DNA from: a virus
DNA length: 23,159 nt
Virus record (IMG/VR): IMGVR_UViG_3300013000_000010
Location: 1-23,159 of that record
Strand: one strand, 5' to 3'
This document shows positions 15,609 to 23,159 of this stretch, piece by piece (position 1 is the stretch's first letter; every line of letters starts with the position of its first letter). The position numbers and the translations under genes are program-made. A model generated the notes under the pieces. That model was not told the origin of the DNA. It saw only the letters and a list, made by a program, of their open reading frames with translations, and made no database searches.

Positions 15609-16871
15609 CTACTTTATAGCTGGGATATCTTTTAATCGTGTGGTGTATCGAGGCGAGAGCATTTCACGTCTCATCTGCCATGCGCTGTCTTGCTCTCCCT
15701 GTCCCGCGAAGAATACCTTTCCCCTCCCGGAGCGATTGATAGCGTCCAGCGCGGCCATCAGAGCATCTGCATTTGCACGCGGCTGCTGCTCACTGAACAT
15801 GTCAAACTGCGCCACACCAGACTGGTAAAAATCCCCCAGCATTACGCCTGCTTTTGCGTACCGGTAGCCGTCGCGCCAGATAGTGCTCAGCCCGCGTAGC
15901 GCCGACTCAATAATGTCCCGCGTGTCGCTGGTGGGGTAGTCGCAGACGCATGAGGCGGTATTCGAATACTGAGGCTCATTTGCGTGCCTGGCGGTAGAGA
16001 TCGACACGCTGATATGTCGGCAACGCGAGTTCTGCTCTCTCAGCTTTTCACCGGCACGGGTGGCGTAGAGCGTGACGGCCTGCTTCATGTCGTCCAGCTC
16101 CGTGATCCTCTCACCAAATGAGCGCGAGTTAAGGATGTTCTGCTTTGGCGGCGGCGCGTCTTCCAGTGCGATGCAGGACTCACCATTGAGCTCGCGGGTG
16201 GTACGCTCAACGATGACGTCAAAGTTTTTCCGGATCATGCTGATATTGCTGTCCGCCAGCTGCAGAGCCGTGGTGATCCCCAGCTGGTGCATGCGCTTGG
16301 TAATGCGCGGGCCGATACCCCATATATCGCCGACGTCGGTCAGGTGAAGCAGCTTTCGCTGCCGGGTCCGGCTGGATAAATCGACCACGCCCTTTGTCTG
16401 CGTCCATTTTTTCGCAGCATGGTTAGCCAGCTTGGCCAGCGTCTTAGTTGGTCCGAACCCTACGCCAATTATCAGCCCGGTTTCCTTCCGGATACGCTCA
16501 CGCATCTGGTGTCCGAACGTCTCAAGCGGGATCACATTGCTGATGCCGGTGACGTCCAGAAATGACTCGTCGATAGAGTAAACCTCCTGTCCAGCAGCCA
16601 TCTCGCCCAGTATGGCCATCATCCGGGCCGACATATCGCCGTACAGCTCATAATTGGAACTGAACACATGCACGCCGTTCTGCCTGAAAAAACGCTCATT
16701 CAGAAACAGCGGCGCCGCCATTTTGATTCCCAGGCGCTTTGCCTCTGCCGAACGTGCGATCACGCAGCCGTCGTTGTTCGAAACGACGACAATCGGTTTA
16801 CCGCGCAGATCGGGCCTGAACACGGTTTCACAGGAGGCATAGAAGTTATTGGCATCGGCCAGCGCAAACAT
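15609..16871 (-). CDS. umuC: Second DNA polymerase V catalytic subunit UmuC
   Basis: MFALAD.NNFYASCE.VFRPDL, SNNDGC.IARS.EAK, SSNYELY, YSIDE and WQMRREMLSPRYTT. Confidence 0.95.
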   Translation of the reverse strand: MFALADANNFYASCETVFRPDLRGKPIVVVSNNDGCVIARSAEAKRLGIKMAAPLFLNERFFRQNGVHVFSSNYELYGDMSARMMAILGEMAAGQEVYSIDESFLDVTGISNVIPLETFGHQMRERIRKETGLIIGVGFGPTKTLAKLANHAAKKWTQTKGVVDLSSRTRQRKLLHLTDVGDIWGIGPRITKRMHQLGITTALQLADSNISMIRKNFDVIVERTTRELNGESCIALEDAPPPKQNILNSRSFGERITELDDMKQAVTLYATRAGEKLREQNSRCRHISVSISTARHANEPQYSNTASCVCDYPTSDTRDIIESALRGLSTIWRDGYRYAKAGVMLGDFYQSGVAQFDMFSEQQPRANADALMAALDAINRSGRGKVFFAGQGEQDSAWQMRREMLSPRYTTRLKDIPAIK

Positions 16872-16873
16872 GC

Positions 16874-17251
16874 TTAATCTCCTGCAGGCCCGTTAAAGCC
16901 GATCCCGGCCACATCGGTTAGGGCATAAGCCACCACACCCCATACAGGAAGCTCCTGGCTCACATCGAGCAGTGTTACTGTTTCGTCCGCGTCCAGCGCC
17001 TGGAGGGCGGGAACCGGATTGAGCAACAGCCGCCTCAGTGCCAGCTCGCCGTCGAACTCCGCCACGATAAGCTGCCTGTGCGCCGGCGTCAGGGCGCGAT
17101 CGATGGCCAGCACGGACCCTTTGACAATCCCGGCGCCGGGGCAGTCGGATTCGCTGCGCATCAGATAGGTTGAGAAGGGGGAAAGGGATACCAGATCGCC
17201 CAGGTTCAGGCGCGTTTCAGTGTAGTTCTGGGCGGGGCTCTGAAAGGCCAT
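16874..17251 (-). CDS. humD: HumD-like, pre-cleaved UmuD' homolog
   Basis: Begins MAFQSPA, at the position of the UmuD cleavage site. GESM is replaced by ESDC and TVKKL by ALRRL. The C-terminal VWGVV is kept. Confidence 0.8.
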   Translation of the reverse strand: MAFQSPAQNYTETRLNLGDLVSLSPFSTYLMRSESDCPGAGIVKGSVLAIDRALTPAHRQLIVAEFDGELALRRLLLNPVPALQALDADETVTLLDVSQELPVWGVVAYALTDVAGIGFNGPAGD

Positions 17252-17340
17252 TGCATTGCTCCATTCTGATCAACGTAATTCAACTCCTGATATGAGTATA
17301 AGACGCTATAAGAGACAATGCTCAGATGTGGAGATAAAGG

Positions 17341-17362
17341 TCCGCTTTGAGCGAGAAGCGGA
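17341..17362 (+). repeat. 22-bp palindromic repeat, left copy
   Basis: TCCGCT-TTGAGCGAGA-AGCGGA. 17/22 identical to 18366-18387. Confidence 0.75.
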
Positions 17363-17396
17363 AATTACATAAAATTAATTAGTTTCGATTTTATAA

Positions 17397-18284
17397 TTAA
17401 AGTTCTAATGCTTTCTCTCTGCTAATTGATCCTTCACCATTACAAATTTTGCAATCCAATTGTATACCTCTGCAATCAGGGCAAGTGAATGTTTCATAAT
17501 TAGAAAGATTTACCTTTGCAGCAATATGTTTTTTAACGGACCCCATTCTATTACAGATAGGACAATCTTCTCCTGCTAATCTGCCTCTTCCATTGCACAA
17601 AGGACAAGTTAAAGTAGGTGTTAATTCATTTTCATTTTCATTTTCATGAATAAAATTTTTGAATTGCTGAGCGTTGATTGTGCTTAGTTGAACTTTTTCG
17701 ATTTTTCTTATGTGATATTCAAAAAACTTTTTAATTGTTTTCTTAAGATCTTCCTTAGAGGATTTCCATAGTTCCGGTGAGATTCTAAGTAGTTGAAATC
17801 CTTCGTTTCTAGTTATTGCTGAATCACGTTTGTAAGTATCTTTAATCTTACTTTCCACATAATGAGATATATGACCATCATACTCGATGCCAATAGCAGC
17901 AATCTCAACCGAATCTTGACCAATCAATCTATTTAGTCGTAGAACAAGGTCTATTGCCCAAGGCTGGTTTTTTGGATTTATATTATCAACCTTATATTGA
18001 GGATCGATACAAACAGTATGTCCTTGTGTGAATTGGCCTTTCAGCGTTATTCTTCGTGGTGAATTTTGGAAAAAATCAATTTCCAATGGGCTAAACTGAG
18101 ATATAAGGCTGGCAATTACCTCTATCTCTGCCTGAGAGGTTCTTTCTACCCCTTGTAAACTAATAAGGCCTATAGCCACTTCTCGGTTAGTGGCTGGCTC
18201 AATCCTTTTAAAAAGTATCTTTTGATTATTACTGAAGTTATTTTTGATACCTTCAAGTGTTTTATCTAGTTCCATCTCGCGCAC
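17397..18284 (-). CDS. Vsr/DUF559-like PD-(D/E)XK nuclease domain fused to a DnaJ-type CxxCxGxG zinc finger
   Basis: PQYKV...IDLVL...IGIEYDGH..H...KRD......GFQLLRI, then CPLCNGRG, CPICNRMG, CPDCRG and CKICNGEG. Very AT-rich. Confidence 0.75.
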   Translation of the reverse strand: MREMELDKTLEGIKNNFSNNQKILFKRIEPATNREVAIGLISLQGVERTSQAEIEVIASLISQFSPLEIDFFQNSPRRITLKGQFTQGHTVCIDPQYKVDNINPKNQPWAIDLVLRLNRLIGQDSVEIAAIGIEYDGHISHYVESKIKDTYKRDSAITRNEGFQLLRISPELWKSSKEDLKKTIKKFFEYHIRKIEKVQLSTINAQQFKNFIHENENENELTPTLTCPLCNGRGRLAGEDCPICNRMGSVKKHIAAKVNLSNYETFTCPDCRGIQLDCKICNGEGSISREKALEL

Positions 18285-18365
18285 TCTATTGATTGATTAT
18301 CCATACAAACTACATGACCATTTAAACTGCTCAACCTAGATTAACATAGCACGATGCGAACAGTA

Positions 18366-18387
18366 TCCGCTCTAGGCAAAAAGCGGA
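18366..18387 (+). repeat. 22-bp palindromic repeat, right copy
   Basis: TCCGCT-CTAGGCAAAA-AGCGGA, same orientation as the left copy. Confidence 0.75.
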
Positions 18388-18401
18388 CATCAGTAGAAAA
18401 T

Positions 18402-18426
18402 AAAAAAGCCCCGATTAAGGGGCTTT
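18402..18426 (-). terminator. Intrinsic terminator
   Basis: Minus strand reads AAAGCCCC-TTAATC-GGGGC-TTTTTT. Confidence 0.8.
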
Positions 18427-18563
18427 GAAGAGCAAAGGCTAATGGCAACATCAATCAAGAAACATCTGATTAATAAATTACCAAACCCTTAGATTTATAC
18501 AAGCTATTTCATTGCCAGCCTGAAGCATCGTTACCTGCTAATTCTGGCAGGTACTAACGCCTT

Positions 18564-19358
18564 TTATTCCGCTTTTTGCGGTTCAGCCGCTGCCGCTGCG
18601 GCCACCAGCTCCGGCTGAGGCTGTGGGGCGTCGGTTTTCGCCTTTGCCAGCAGGATAGTGCGCTGCAGTTGCGCCTTTTCGATGGCCTCTTTCACCATAT
18701 CAGCATCCAGTCCGACAACCGCAAATTTGTCCAGGCCTTCCATGCGGAAAAGGTTCGTTTCAGGTGCCATTTCCTTCAGGGCTTTCTCGTTCTGAACTGT
18801 GATGTAGATCAGCTGTGGCTCGGCCTCTGCGCCGTCCGGGATATACACGTAAGCATGCTGGCCAACGCCTAATGCCTGGAGGAACAGGACGCAGACAGCC
18901 AGTGGCAGAGAGGTATGCACTACGCTGACATGCTGCAGCCTGCCAGTGAGAACGCCGTGCAGCTGCGCATTATGAGGCATGTATGGGCTGACCGTCTCCA
19001 CGCGCCACGCCCCGGTAAGCGAACCGTCCACAAACGCCTCGCCGGTGATGTTCATCGACATCTGACGCATGAGCAGCTGCGCAAAGCTCTTATCCATTGT
19101 CGGAGCCAGGGGCAGCGCGCCGGTCTTCTCATTGATTGCGTCTACCGCTTCCTGACGTTTAGCGGCATCCTCCGGCAATTCCTGGCTGTGGAGCAGCCAG
19201 TAGCGCTCATCTTTGTTAACCCACACAGTGACGTCTTCAACTTCCTGTGGCTCAAAGCCCAGTGCGGCCACCAGCGCAATCTCAAGATTTGCCGGGCCGA
19301 TCTCGTTCTTCTCATTGACCTCAATGGCCGTGGTCTTGCTGATAATGTACTGAGTCAT
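18564..19358 (-). CDS. Hypothetical protein
   Basis: 264 aa with backbone-like codon usage, 9 nt downstream of dut. Confidence 0.75.
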   Translation of the reverse strand: MTQYIISKTTAIEVNEKNEIGPANLEIALVAALGFEPQEVEDVTVWVNKDERYWLLHSQELPEDAAKRQEAVDAINEKTGALPLAPTMDKSFAQLLMRQMSMNITGEAFVDGSLTGAWRVETVSPYMPHNAQLHGVLTGRLQHVSVVHTSLPLAVCVLFLQALGVGQHAYVYIPDGAEAEPQLIYITVQNEKALKEMAPETNLFRMEGLDKFAVVGLDADMVKEAIEKAQLQRTILLAKAKTDAPQPQPELVAAAAAAEPQKAE

Positions 19359-19367
19359 GATCGCGCC

Positions 19368-19955
19368 TTATTTGCTGGTGGTCTTAGTGCTGGTGCTGGT
19401 GGTTTCGTTCACCGCTGACTCTTCAACCTGAGTGGGTTCCTGCGAGTCGGCCGCGGTCGTGCTGGTATCGTCTTCGACAGGCGTCGGGTTGGTCTGTACC
19501 GGCGTAGTAGACCCAAAGCCGCCATCGCCACGGGCAGTTTCTGACAGCTGATCGACTTCTTTCCAGGTGACTGACTCAACTTTCTCGATCGTTGCCTGCG
19601 CGATGACCATGCCAGCCTTCGGCTCAATGAACTGACCGCCTTCATCGGCAATCATGCGCAGTTTGATCTCGCCACGGTAATCGCTGTCGATGATGGCCAC
19701 GTTGTTCGCCAGGCGCAGGAAGTTGTTCACAGCCAGCCCGGAACGAGGATAAATCTTCATGCAGTATCCAGATGGGATCTCCACGGCCAGTCCGGTCGTG
19801 ACCCACCACGCACGCGGCTGACGGGTTGCGCCCTGAGTCAGTACGACGTTATTTTTCACGTCCAGCGCGGTGATATCCCACGCTGCAGCGCCGTCCGAAC
19901 CACGGAACGGCAGTTTGGCGTCTGGTGTGAGACGTTTGATCTTAATTTGAGGCAT
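19368..19955 (-). CDS. dut: Trimeric dUTPase with C-terminal Thr/Ser/Glu-rich tail
   Basis: All five motifs are present: AAAWDI, PRSGLA, IIDSDYRGEI, IAQ and RGDGGFGST. Confidence 0.93.
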   Translation of the reverse strand: MPQIKIKRLTPDAKLPFRGSDGAAAWDITALDVKNNVVLTQGATRQPRAWWVTTGLAVEIPSGYCMKIYPRSGLAVNNFLRLANNVAIIDSDYRGEIKLRMIADEGGQFIEPKAGMVIAQATIEKVESVTWKEVDQLSETARGDGGFGSTTPVQTNPTPVEDDTSTTAADSQEPTQVEESAVNETTSTSTKTTSK

Positions 19956-20433
19956 GGCTTAACTCCGGTGATTTAAAGGTGTAATGGCGGCGCTTGCGGA
20001 CAGAGTTCTCATAGAGAGGGACGTCTGTGTACTCCACCAGCCCGCGTGCAATCAGTTTCTTCACGGACTGCAGGAAGAGGGAATGGCTTACATCAAACTC
20101 CTGGCGCACCTGTCTGGCGGTGATGTACCGGTTCTGATCGAGCAGAATCAGAATGTACTCTTCGGTCTTCCCCATTTTCAGGGGCGTCAGTCTGGCGGCA
20201 TACGCGGGCGTCACCGCCAGGCTGTACTCGTTATCAATGGATCGCGTGATCAGTCCATTTTTAAGGAGGTCCAACAGCGTTCCCCGGATGACATGCGTTG
20301 ACGTGTCCGGCAGGGCGCGGGTAAAGCGGCGGCGCGTGGCGATACGCTCATCCTTCAGCAGCATCAGCACAGCTGAGGCCGTTTCCGGATATCGGGCGCG
20401 AAAAACTTTAAGTTTTGGTAAAAGGCGCTTCAA
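19942..20433 (-). CDS. Putative tandem winged-helix DNA-binding protein
   Basis: Basic, with two repeats ending L..L.KNGLI...Y.L and VKKLIARGLVE...Y.F. Confidence 0.6.
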   Translation of the reverse strand: MKRLLPKLKVFRARYPETASAVLMLLKDERIATRRRFTRALPDTSTHVIRGTLLDLLKNGLITRSIDNEYSLAVTPAYAARLTPLKMGKTEEYILILLDQNRYITARQVRQEFDVSHSLFLQSVKKLIARGLVEYTDVPLYENSVRKRRHYTFKSPELSHASN

Positions 20434-20540
20434 TGTTCTGTTATCCTTGCCATTGGTTTATTTCGGATACCTACATCCAGTGGTTAACGTTTGAACCAGA
20501 ACGAACGGGATAAGGGAGCCAGCAATGGCTCCCTTTTTCT

Positions 20541-20999
20541 TTAGTCCTGCGTCCACTTCTCGCCCGTATCAACGCACACCACGCCGTGACACACGCGCCC
20601 CTGATCCAGCCTGAAGGCCATGCCGCCCAGCTTGCTGCGCCTGCGGCAGAACTGCGCTCCTGAAAGGTAGGCATGCGGCACGACAGACTCGATCGCGCCT
20701 TCCTCGGTACACTGGCCGTCCTCTGCGTCGGCGTAGCCACGCGCAAACTCGCTGAGCACTTCGCGCCGGTCTTCAAAGCGAATGACTTCGCCCTGGTCCG
20801 GGTCGCGGGCGTACTCGATCGCGCCGTATTTAGCAAGGGATGCGACGGTTTTGGGGTGCCTGAATATTTCCTCGCCCCAGTACTGCCCGGTGCAGGAATC
20901 AACGTAGGAACCGCTGGAATAGGAGCCGATAGGGTTAGAGACGTCGTGTGCCATTGCCACAGCCACGAAGAAGTTAACGACGTTGCCGGTAACAGACAT
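20541..20999 (-). CDS. Hypothetical protein
   Basis: 152 aa, TAATG-coupled to the upstream ORF. Confidence 0.65.
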   Translation of the reverse strand: MSVTGNVVNFFVAVAMAHDVSNPIGSYSSGSYVDSCTGQYWGEEIFRHPKTVASLAKYGAIEYARDPDQGEVIRFEDRREVLSEFARGYADAEDGQCTEEGAIESVVPHAYLSGAQFCRRRSKLGGMAFRLDQGRVCHGVVCVDTGEKWTQD

Positions 21000-21331
21000 T
21001 ATTTCCCCGTAAAGAGCCGTTCCCGGCTGCTTAAGGTGTTGGTTTCCTGCTGGGTGAAAGCGCGGTCCACCAGCCCGACAACTGCGGCAAATTCACTTCT
21101 GAAATACTCCAGTAGCTTATTTGCGGCGCGGTCGGTGATGTTTTCCACGTAGTAGCAGGCGCTGTATTGGTCGATCCTGGGTTTTTCGAGGGTCAGCAGT
21201 GGTGCGGCTTCTGACAGCGTAGACACGCCGTATTCCACCAGCGCCACTCCGCCGCGCTTGATGGCGGTAAAGGTCAGCTGGTGGCCGTCAATGGAGAACG
21301 TGCGCGTAAGTAAGATTTGTTGTCTGGCCAT
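20999..21331 (-). CDS. Hypothetical protein
   Basis: 110 aa, first gene after the AT-rich intergenic region downstream of cre. Confidence 0.65.
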   Translation of the reverse strand: MARQQILLTRTFSIDGHQLTFTAIKRGGVALVEYGVSTLSEAAPLLTLEKPRIDQYSACYYVENITDRAANKLLEYFRSEFAAVVGLVDRAFTQQETNTLSSRERLFTGK

Positions 21332-21424
21332 CGGTATTCGCAGGATGCGGGATGGCCCGAATTGTGGGGGATAAATGGTAACGTTACAATTATTATTTCT
21401 TTAGATTTCAATAAATCTAAATCT

Positions 21425-22456
21425 CTATTCTCCGTCCAGTATTCCCGACATTTTTCCTTTCTGACTTTCAGAGCGGCGGAGGTAGCGCATAACGGTTTTC
21501 GGATCCTGCCAGGTGCCTTCCTGCATGATCTGAGTAATCGTCGCGTCACGTTCGGCCATATCCATCGCGGCACCCACGCGGGCGCTGTGGCCGGACCATT
21601 TGGCGTAGCGGCCTTTGTTGTCCTGCACCGGCTCTTTCCCCAGCAGATCCCATGCGTCTTTGAAAATCTTCTCGGTCGCCGGCGCAGACATTGGCTTTTC
21701 CGACACGCCAGCCGTGTTGTTGTGGCGGACCGGGCCGAAAACCATCGCGTCCGGATGATGAATCAACCCGGACAGCTCCAGCCAGTGCATCAGATGACCG
21801 GCAGCGGCGCGGCTGAGGTGCTTGATCACGCCCGCGGCCGTCACCATCGTTTTAGTGTGTGACAGGTTGATCACCACATGGCCACTGTCGCTGATATCCA
21901 GGTCGCGCACCCGGATGCGGCTGAGTTCGGACATACGGCACAGGGTGTTGTAGGCCACAAACAGAAATGCCAGGTTGCGCTGATCGGTCAGCCGGTCGGA
22001 GCGGCCCATGAGGTGCGACAGCAGCTGCAGGTCCGGCAGACGGAACGGCACAGCCTGGCCGGTGCGTTCACCCTGCAGCACGGCCTCGCGGCGGATGCGT
22101 TTCATGGAGCGTTTCAGGTCCACGCTTCCCCGGAGATCCGGCAGGCCGCTTTCCCGGCACAGCATGTTCATCATGGCATAGTGCTTGTCGATCGTGCTCG
22201 ATGCCAGGCCGCTTTCTGCCATCTGCAGAAAGTACTCCCGCGCCAGTTCGGGGTCGATCGGCAGGTAGCCCACATCGCGCTCGTTACACCAGAAGGCCCA
22301 GCGCCGGATAACGGATAACAGGTCGCGGAAAGTATTCTCGGAATAAGCGGCCTTATCTGCGATGAATCTGCGCAAGTTATTTGCAATGTCTTCCGGCGTT
22401 AATTGCGTTAATTCTGCCGGGAGTGCGCCGGTCTTTATTTGAGCCAGATGTTTCAT
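21425..22456 (-). CDS. cre: Cre-family tyrosine recombinase (Panto/Dre-like)
   Basis: 343 aa with AYSENT.R.L and the catalytic set R (AYNTLCRMSEL), K (SHTKT), HSAR (WSGHSARVGAA.DMA), W (GTWQ) and Y (VMRYLR). Confidence 0.93.
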   Translation of the reverse strand: MKHLAQIKTGALPAELTQLTPEDIANNLRRFIADKAAYSENTFRDLLSVIRRWAFWCNERDVGYLPIDPELAREYFLQMAESGLASSTIDKHYAMMNMLCRESGLPDLRGSVDLKRSMKRIRREAVLQGERTGQAVPFRLPDLQLLSHLMGRSDRLTDQRNLAFLFVAYNTLCRMSELSRIRVRDLDISDSGHVVINLSHTKTMVTAAGVIKHLSRAAAGHLMHWLELSGLIHHPDAMVFGPVRHNNTAGVSEKPMSAPATEKIFKDAWDLLGKEPVQDNKGRYAKWSGHSARVGAAMDMAERDATITQIMQEGTWQDPKTVMRYLRRSESQKGKMSGILDGE

Positions 22457-22646
22457 TTATATATTTCATCCCTAATCAGAGAGACAACGCTACGCGAAAT
22501 CTACGAAAACAGCAGGGGTGTGATGCGTCAGATTTCACGTAGCGACGCCTGATGCAAAACCGCTCAGAAAGCATACATTTTGCCAGCGGCATTGCTAACC
22601 TGATCATTTGATCATCAACCACTGATCAAGCATACATGAATCAGGG

Positions 22647-22680
22647 GAAACTTTATATAAGACTTATTATTTAAAGTTTC
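22647..22680. other. 34-bp lox-type recombination site (pox-like)
   Basis: GAAACTTTATATA-AGACTTAT-TATTTAAAGTTTC: 13-bp arms with 1 mismatch around an asymmetric 8-bp spacer, 190 bp upstream of the recombinase start. Confidence 0.92.
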
Positions 22681-23067
22681 CTATTTTGACACTTTTTGTA
22701 CAGCGACTGCTTGCAAGAGTAGCCAAATCGAAAAATTTGCAAATTCGTTACGTTATTGTTCGTGATCGGCACCATGCCTTCATATATGATCATTTGGCAT
22801 GCAAATTAATTGCTAAAGGTAACTATTATCAGTCGGGACCATTGGCCCAGGCGCTTTGCAGCTGATACCTGTTACACGACCCTGAACACACAGTTTAGTT
22901 AATAAGCGTGTACAGCAGAAATATCTGACAGATGCACAATGCAGACTATTCTTATTATTGCAATTCTAAGGAGAGTTAATTTTACATGGCTACTGATTCT
23001 GTCTATATTCGCCTCCATTAAGTCCAGAGAGACTTGCACCGCTCATTAATTTTTTTGGAACACAATT

Positions 23068-23159
23068 ATGCCTAACTTCAGCGATGTAGAATTTGAGAAG
23101 CGCTATAAACATTTTCTACAGGTACAAAAAGAGTGGCTGACTCTCATCACGGACAACCA
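23068..23159 (+). CDS. Partial ORF running off the window (MPNFSDVEFEKRYKHFLQVQKEWLTLITDN...)
   Basis: ATG preceded by TGGAA, and the frame stays open to the window end. Confidence 0.45.
   Translation, partial: MPNFSDVEFEKRYKHFLQVQKEWLTLITDN

Larger units (their letters stand above)
1..23159. mobile_element. Segment of a P1-like phage-plasmid (plasmid prophage) backbone
   Basis: P1-type hallmarks occur together: Ref-like nuclease, P1/RepFIB-type RepA with oriR-like origin and iterons on both sides, Cre-family recombinase with lox-like site, HumD-like UmuD', many small phage-type ORFs and Chi enrichment. No virion genes are in the window, so phage status is inferred. Confidence 0.8.

Noticed and set aside
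4954-16871. Two convergent umuC genes as inverted repeats of an invertible or composite element
   Set aside because: They are clearly diverged paralogs, and I saw no long nucleotide identity or element ends.
195-22386. Numerous antisense and alternative-frame ORFs in the track
   Set aside because: They are shadows of well-supported genes in GC-rich coding DNA, with no motifs.
22475-22606. 43-aa minus-strand ORF as a P1 cra analogue
   Set aside because: No RBS and no recognisable similarity. It runs through the leader hairpin.
22939-23049. Short plus-strand ORFs (36-aa hydrophobic and 11-aa) beyond the lox site
   Set aside because: AT-rich context, poor RBS spacing and no supporting terminator or motif.

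Overview
This window looks like part of a P1-like phage-plasmid backbone. A Pantoea/Erwiniaceae host is inferred only from the recombination site. From left to right it holds: a Ref-like HNH nuclease, a hicAB toxin-antitoxin pair, a complete P1/RepFIB-type iteron replicon (DnaA boxes, five GATC repeats, five origin iterons, repA, downstream incA-like iterons), and a LexA-controlled umuDC operon. These are followed by a rightward run of small phage genes (amino-methyltransferase, ASCH-like, Ead/Eaa-like, RHH regulator, acyltransferase-3), an AT-rich GNAT-like two-gene module, and a second Pol V operon built from a pre-cleaved HumD/UmuD'-like subunit plus UmuC. The right end has an AT-rich nuclease/Zn-finger gene flanked by 22-bp palindromic direct repeats, a dUTPase, and a Cre-family recombinase with a 34-bp lox/pox-like site. 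Signals missed by the ORF track are: (1) a candidate divergent type I toxin-antitoxin locus beside the replicon, made of a 45-aa peptide with a long structured leader and a ~110-nt sRNA carrying two antisense segments; (2) very high Chi (GCTGGTGG) density on both strands, with at least 36 sites counted by eye; (3) the repeat-flanked single-gene cassette. All family calls come from motif recognition, not database searches.
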